Source of the DNA: Octopus vulgaris | Taxonomy: Eukaryota | DNA length: 64,000 nt | Assembly (NCBI GenBank): GCA_951406725.2 | Contig: OX597837.1 | Location: 30,070,001-30,134,000 of the forward strand | Reading direction: 5' to 3' | Shown here: one piece after another, positions 56,802 through 64,000 of the stretch | Position numbering within the stretch: the first letter of the stretch is position 1 | Layout: each line of letters opens with the position of its first letter | Position numbers and translations under genes: made by a program | Notes under the pieces: model-generated | What the model was told of the DNA's origin: nothing | Database searches by the model: none | The model's input: only the letters and a program-made list of their open reading frames with translations

Positions 56802-57116
56802 CGTTCTTTGCTTAGCCAGCGGGGTGGCGTCATTTGAAGGCTAAAACAATGCGAAGCGCATTGTGACCAGCGATGTGTAGCAACATCTGATAGCCTGGTC
56901 GGTCACGGTGATATATATATATATATATATTTACTAAGTAATTAAGGGTTTGGCAACGATTTGCCTCACCACACACCGAATTTAGAAATAGCAGTCAAAG
57001 AGTTATGGCTATTCTTTCTGCTTAAAAGGGAGATCCCAGTAAAACCACAGCACTTAAAAGGCAAACAACGCAGGCAAAAGAGAAAGAAATGACGACAATC
57101 ATTCTATATTAAGTCA

Positions 57117-57207
57117 CCTACGGACATACGTTTCGAAATTAAGTCATAGGAAAGCATAAAAATTAAATAATTATGTCTTACCCAACTATTTTTCTCTTCT
57201 GCGTAGG
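57117..57207 (-). ncRNA. Degenerate type I hammerhead motif with long stem II
   Basis: CCUACG-CAGAAGA-GAAA...UUUC-GAAAC-GUAU-GUC-CGUAGG; perfect 6-bp stem I; U4 changed to A. Confidence 0.6.
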
Positions 57208-57704
57208 ACTCTTCAATTATAAATAATTGCATCTCAATTATTAATAATTGTGTATTAAATTTGAAGGCACTAGAAGACATCACCTCAACTCATGGTATCA
57301 GAGCGAGCGTAAGCCATTACCAGTACCACCAAATATTTATATATATATATATATATATATTTAATGTCTATATATATAAAACTCAACTTGTGTGTCTGTG
57401 TGTGTGACTGTGTGTTTAACTTCCCGGCACATCTTCTCCTAGCCAACAAATCGTAGAACCACCAAAAATGTGTCACTTAAAGTTTAGGCGAATGAAAATT
57501 GAACTGCGCTATTTCTGTTCCAAAATTCATCTCACAAGTGCAAAATACTTAAATGTACGTTGGGTGATTGTCTTAGCCCATTTGCCTTCATACAGTTGAT
57601 TTCTGTAGTTATTTATCAGTGTATTTTGGCAATTTAAATAAGAGATTTGACTGTTATTTCCAGCAGGCAGACATACTTAGTATGTCCTTTGATTAATTTA
57701 CATA

Positions 57705-57741
<37 letters not shown>

Positions 57742-57742
<1 letters not shown>

Positions 57743-57932
57743 ACTTTGATCACTTTGACCGACCAGTCCGTCAGGCGTCCATTTGACACCGCTGGTCACA
57801 GCACGCTGTCCACTCCTCTCTGGATCGCGCCTTTCTCATCCACGTGATCCCAATCGTCCTCCTGAAATCGTGGAGGTCTTCCGGGTAGTCTTTTCCGCTC
57901 ACGCGGGTACCACTCGACAACTGCGTGCGTCC
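57742..57932 (-). mobile_element. RTE LINE 3' end (second family)
   Basis: Minus-strand HAVVEWYPRERKRLPGRPP and TWMRKARSREEW motifs. Confidence 0.75.
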
Positions 57933-60119
57933 ATATATACATACATATAGGCGCAGGAGTGGTTGTGTGGTATGTAGCTTACTTACTAACCGCATGGTTC
58001 CAGTTTCAGTGCCACAGCGTGGCACCTTGGGCAAGTGTCTTCTACTATTGTCTCGGGCTGGCCAAAGCCTTGTGAGTGGATTTGGTAGAAGGAAACTGAA
58101 AGAAGCCCATTGTATATATATGATGATGATGATGATGATGATATATATATATATATACATGTGTGTATGTATATGTTTGTGTGTCTGTGTTTACATCCCC
58201 GTAACTTAGCGGTTCGGCAAAAGAGGCTGATAGAATAAGTACTAGGCTTCCAAAGAATAAGTCCTGGAGTCGATTTGCTCGACTAAAGGTGATGCTCCAG
58301 CATGGCCGCAGTCAAATGACTGAAACAAGTAAAAAGAAAAAAGATAAAGATATATACGTGGCTGTGTGGTAAGTAGCTTACTAACAAACCACATGGTTCC
58401 GGGTTCAGTCCCACTGCGTGGCATCTTGGGCAAGTGTCTTCTGCTATAGCCTCGGGCCGACCAAAGCCTTGCGAGTGGATTTGGTAGACGGAAACTGAAA
58501 GAAGCCTGTCGTATATATGTATATACATGTATATATATGTATGTGTGTGTATGTGTTTGTGTGTCTGTGTTTGTCCCTCTAGCATTGCTTGACAACCAAT
58601 GCTGGTGTGTTTACGTCCCCGTCACTTAGCAGTTCGGCAAAACAGACCGATAGAATAAGTACTGGGCTTGCAAAGAATAAGTCCCGGGGTCGACTTGCTC
58701 GACTAAAGGCGGTGCTCCAGCATCGCCGCAATCAAATGACTGAAACAAGTAAAAAGATAAAGATATAGACATATATACATACATATACACATTTCACTTG
58801 GGCATTGGCATACTATTAGCCTGGTGTAGAACTCAGCATACATATGCTTCAAAATGAAGCGTTAGTCGAGTAGAGAGTGGTAATAAGAAATTGAGATGAT
58901 AAAGGAATACACAATTGTCTTATCTTCATTTGCTTAGAGCTGTTTCTGCCATAAGATGCTGTGAACCCATAGTTAAGTGCCTGAGTATTACCTTATAGGT
59001 TTGTATTTGAGACTCCAATGAAGCTATAAAGTGATGCACAGGCATCAGTCCACTGCATTTTATGGCAGGAACAACTGTAACTTTATGGAGTTCATTAGAT
59101 AATCGTGTACTCCTTTGTCATCTCAGTTAGGAGTGGCTGTGTGGTAAGTAGCTTGTTTACCAACCACATGGTTCTGGGTTCAGTCCCACTGTGTGGCACC
59201 TTGGGCAAGTGTCTTCTACTATAGCCTCGGGCCAACCAAAGCCTTGTGAGTGGATTTGGTAGACAGAAACTGAAAGAAGCATGTCGTATATATGTATATA
59301 TATATATGTATATATGTATGTGTGTGTTTGTCCCCCTAGCATTGCTTGACAACCGATGCTGGTGTGTTTACGTCCCCGTCACTTAGCGGTTCGGCAAAAA
59401 GAGACCAATAGAATAAGTACTGGGCTTACAAAGAATAAGTCCCGGGGTCGAGTTGCTCGATTAAAGGCGGTGCTCCAGCATGGCCGCAGTCAAATGACTG
59501 AAACAAGTAAAAGAGTATATATATATCATCATCATCACTGTTTAGCATCCGCTTTCCATGCTGGCATGGGTTGGACGGTTCAACTGGGATCTGGGATACC
59601 AGGAGGCTGCACCAGGCCCAGTATGATCTGGCAATGTTTCTACGGCTGGATGCCCTTCCTAACGCCAACCACTCCGTGAGTGTAGTGGGTGCTTTTTACA
59701 TGCCACCAGCACAGGTGCCAGACGAGGCTGGCAAACAGCCACGATCGGATGGTGCTTATTACGTGCCACCGGCATGTATATATATATAAATAAATGTGCC
59801 CTTTAAAAGCCTAGCTAGGTTCATGGGCCCGGTTTCCTGGCTTCAATGGCGTATGTGTTCCCCAGCTGGACAAGACGTCAGTCCATCGCAGCATTACTCA
59901 TTTTTGCCATCTGAGTCGACTGGAGCAACATGAAAATGAAGTGTTTTGCTGAAGGACACAACGAGTTGCCTTGTTCAGGAATCGAAACCACACACTTTCG
60001 ATCATGATGCCGACACCCTAACCACTAAGCCATGCGCCTCCACACACACACATACACACACAGATATATATATATATATATATTCATAGATATTTTCTTT
60101 TCCTTTTTCATCATTTTAG

Positions 60120-60184
60120 AAGAAGACGAAGAAGAAATCAGGGATCACCTGCCTAGCCGCCGGACGAATGCCACACGTTTTAAG
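60120..60184 (+). CDS. TONSL: Tonsoku-like protein, internal exon: (E)EDEEEIRDHLPSRRTNATRFK, just before the expected ankyrin repeats
   Basis: Acceptor tttttcatcattttag| and donor AAG|gtatat, 65 nt, phase 1/0, in frame with the previous exon. Resembles human EEDEELQGHLGRR preceding the ankyrin domain. Confidence 0.78.
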
Positions 60185-60445
60185 GTATATATTATTTGTT
60201 ACCTTTCTAAAGAGTGTCCACCATGTCATATCTTCACCAACTTTCTCTTTCAACTGGGGTAACCCTCTATCTCCCTTACAGCAGGACACCTTTTACTCCT
60301 ATCATACTTTTAAGGTATATATCATTTGTTACCTTTCTACAGAAGGTCCACTATGTCATATCTTCCCCAACTTTCTCTTTCAACTGGGGTAACCCTCTAT
60401 CTCCCTTACAGCAGGACACCTTTTACTCTCCTATCATACTTTAAC
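60178..60445 (+). repeat. 130-bp tandem duplication that includes the exon donor site
   Basis: ttttaag|gtatat at 60184 and again at 60314, with near-identical following sequence. Confidence 0.92.
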
Positions 60446-60862
60446 CTTTCATTACCTTCTTTGGAACTACACTTTGCCTCTGTTGAGATGCCTTGGTGAA
60501 TTCACTTGTGCTGGTGCCACTTAAAAGACACCCAGCACAATCTGTAAAGTGGTTAGCATTATGAAGGGCATCCAGCCATAGAAACCAAACCAAAGCAGAT
60601 ATCGGAGCTTGTTGCAGTCCTCTGGCTTACCAGCCCCTGTTGAACAGTCCAGTTCATGTCAGGATGGGAAACAGATATTAAATAATGATGTTAATAATGA
60701 GGGTGATGACATGTCATAACTCCCACTCCATTCCAACTCCTTGACAAAGGAACAGGAATCAAGTTCTATGAAGCCTTGTGCATATCAGTGTTTATTTCTC
60801 GGCTGCTCTGTTTTATCATTGTTTCCCAGGCCATAACAGAGAAACTCAAGGCTGGTTACTCC

Positions 60863-61094
60863 TATTTCTTTACTACCCACAAGGGGCTAAACACAGAGGG
60901 GACAAACAAGAACAGACATAGGTATTAAGTCGATTACATCGACCCCAGTGCGTAAATGGTGCTTAATTTATTGACCCCGAAAGGATGAAAGGCAAAGTCG
61001 ACCTTGGCGGAATTTGAACTCACAACGTAACGGCAGATAAAATACCGCTAAGCATTTCGCCTGGCGTGCTAACGTTTCTGCCAGCTCACCGCCT
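60863..61094 (-). mobile_element. SINE family B monomer
   Basis: Flanked by TSD tggttactcct. Confidence 0.9.
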
Positions 61095-63110
61095 TGTGGT
61101 TACTCCTGTCATTTGAACTCCTGTCTGTGCATTATCTAGTTTTCGTAGCCAAGTCACTTAGAGAATTAGAAGGAAAACTGCTACATATTGAGACACTTCA
61201 AATTTTGCAAAGACAAAAGTCTTAATCAGGAAGAAAGTTATTACTTTCCAGGAAGTGGTCATACTTGATATGCAGAAAGGGAGTTGGTAGGAACCCTATA
61301 CTGTGTACCCAATGTAAATGGTGGTTACACAAAGGAAGTTAGGCAGGCTGATAAATATCCGCCCTGACTGGCCTCCGTGCTGGTTGCACGTAAAAAGCAC
61401 CAACCGATCGTGGCCGTTGCCAGCCTTGCCTGGCACCAGTGCCAGTGGCACATAAAAAGCACCCACTACACTCACGGAGCGGTTGGCGTTAGGAAGGGCA
61501 TCCAGCTGTAGAAACACTGCCAGATCAGACTGGGCCTGGTGCAGCCTCCTTGCTGAATAGAGTAACTTTGCAGTTATTCTATATATATAAAAACTCACAT
61601 TTTTATACTCTTCCTTATAATGTATTCTTTTGCTATATTTAAACACAGACACACTCATACTTAAACACACACAGATTCTTTCACACACACACACATACAC
61701 ACACACACACACACATACACACACACACTCTCACTCTCTCTCTCTTTGTGGTAGTAATTAATGAATAGAAACAGTTAAAAAAAAAGAAAAGAAACAAGAA
61801 TTTAATGAGTTTGATAAAGAATATGTGTTCTGAAACTGGAGACTAAGCCAAGATGTTTCAATTTTCTTGTACTATACATGTGTGCCTGTATATATGTATG
61901 AGTAAAGAGAAAAAAAGTTGTAAGAATTTGGGGAAAAAAATCTTTTTATTTCTTCATTATTATTAGCACTGTCATTCATTTCTCAAACTTGTTAAATAAA
62001 ATTTAGTAAATGTACAAACAGCTTGTTTATTTATATAAAACAGGTGTTTTATATAAAGCAGGTGTTTATATAAAACAGGTGTTTTTATGGGGTTTTGTTT
62101 AGAAGAGAACATTGCTTTTATTTTTGTGGGTGAGGTTCCATGACAATGGAGATAGATCCATAGATAGAAATATAGGTAGGTAGATAGGCTGAGAGATAGA
62201 TAAACCAGTATGTAGATAGGTAGGTAGGTGGACATTGCTGGAAGTGTTTCTTTGTTTTCTTTCTCTCTTTTCTTTTCTTCCTTTTCTCTTTTTCCTCCTT
62301 TTCTTTTCTTGCCTTCTTTTTTCCTCTTTCTTTTTCTCCTCCTTGGGTTATATTTAGAATGCAAAATGTACTGTCTCCCCTTTTCTTTCAAACATTCAAA
62401 TTTTGGAGAGAGTTTTTTGATGACATGTAGTTCTACATGAAAAAACATTAGTATAATATTTACAAATTAAACTATTAAGAAAAGATATGATAATATATAT
62501 ATATCATCATCATCGTCGTCGTTTAACGTCCACTTTCCATGCTAGCATGGGTTGGACGATTTTGACTGAGGACTGGCGAACCAGAAGGCTGCACCAGGCT
62601 CCAATCTTGATCTGGCAGAGTTTCTACAGCTGGATGCCCTTCCTAATGCTAACCACTCTGAGAGTGTAGTGGGTGCTTTTTATGTGCCACTGGCACACAT
62701 ATATATACATACATATATATATTTATATTAAATTAGAGATATAAAAGGTTATGAATGAAGAGTTTAGGATCTCACGCCAAGCCTTTTCATTCAGTTTCTC
62801 GTACTATATGTGTGAATATGTGTAGGTGTATTTATATCAACATTATTGTTATTTAACATTCATGATGATGATGATATATATAAATACTCATACATATGTA
62901 TAGAGTGTTCGGTGTGGTGATTTTCAATGCAAAATAATATTAACGTCCACTTTCCATGCTAGCATGGGCTGGACGATTTTGACTGAGGACTGGCGAACCA
63001 GATGGCTGCACCAGGCTCCAATCTTGATCTGGCAGAGTTTCTACAGCTGGATGCCCTTCCTAATGCCAACCACTCAGAGAGTGTAGTGGGTGCTTTTTAT
63101 GTGCCACCAG

Positions 63111-63152
<42 letters not shown>

Positions 63153-63253
63153 TATACATACATATATATATTTATATTTATATATATTATATATATATTT
63201 ATATATATATATAAATTATATAGTATATAGTTATATAATATACATATATATAC

Positions 63254-63332
<79 letters not shown>

Positions 63333-63578
63333 CAAAGCTAGAACATCCCAAACATTTGTAGAGATGAGCCACGTTTGGAATAAAAAATGAAAATTCTCCA
63401 CTATACTTTCAAACATTCAATTTTGGAGAGAATCCCTAGATGAAGTGTGTGTGTGTGTGTGTTTGTGCATGCGTGCTTGTGTGTGTATGTGTTTGGGAAC
63501 ATGTTCATGTTTATACTGTGTAACTTAAATGTTTTGCATTGAATATCACCACACCTAACACCCTATACATATGTATGA

Positions 63579-63616
<38 letters not shown>

Positions 63617-63890
63617 TCATCATCATGAATGTTAAATAACAATGATGTTAAATAACAATGATATGGACACATATAGTATGAGAAACTGAATAAAAAGGCT
63701 TGGCGTGAGATCCTAAACTTTTCATTCATAACCTGTTATATCTCTAATTTAATGTATGTATAATAAATATTAGGGAATAAATCCAAATTTACAAGGAAAA
63801 ATCAGATTAAGATTTTATGTCTCTAATTTATTATAATATATGTATGTATAAATAAATGTCTCTAATTTATTATAATATATGTATGTATAA

Positions 63891-63935
<45 letters not shown>

Positions 63936-64000
63936 CCGGTGGCACATAAAAGGCACCCACTACACTCTCGGAGTGGTTGGCATTAGGAAGGGCATCCAGC

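Overview
Repeat-dense animal genomic DNA; the microsatellite load and SINE families suggest a cephalopod such as Octopus (inference). The only host gene I can support is four + strand internal exons of a Tonsoku-like (TONSL) gene (11620-11772, 50063-50188, 53294-53552, 60120-60184), which splice in frame through GT-AG introns of about 38.3, 3.1 and 6.6 kb. The rest is transposon-derived or simple repeat: several tRNA-derived SINE families (one forming TSD-flanked concatemers of up to 12 units), RTE and CR1 LINE fragments, two mariner elements, TTAA piggyBac-type MITEs, a Helitron-like element, a Penelope-like GIY-YIG remnant, a 6.5-kb CAT-based minisatellite, a 2-kb (AT)n tract and a local tandem/inverted duplication. 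The most interesting signal is a set of type I hammerhead ribozyme motifs. One (36144-36187, minus strand) looks intact, with a compensatory U3-A8 core pair, and lies in a circularly permuted ~357-bp unit resembling a retrozyme or Penelope pLTR. Almost all ORFs in the supplied track are repeat artefacts. Element boundaries were read by eye and are approximate unless a TSD, TIR or splice site is quoted.
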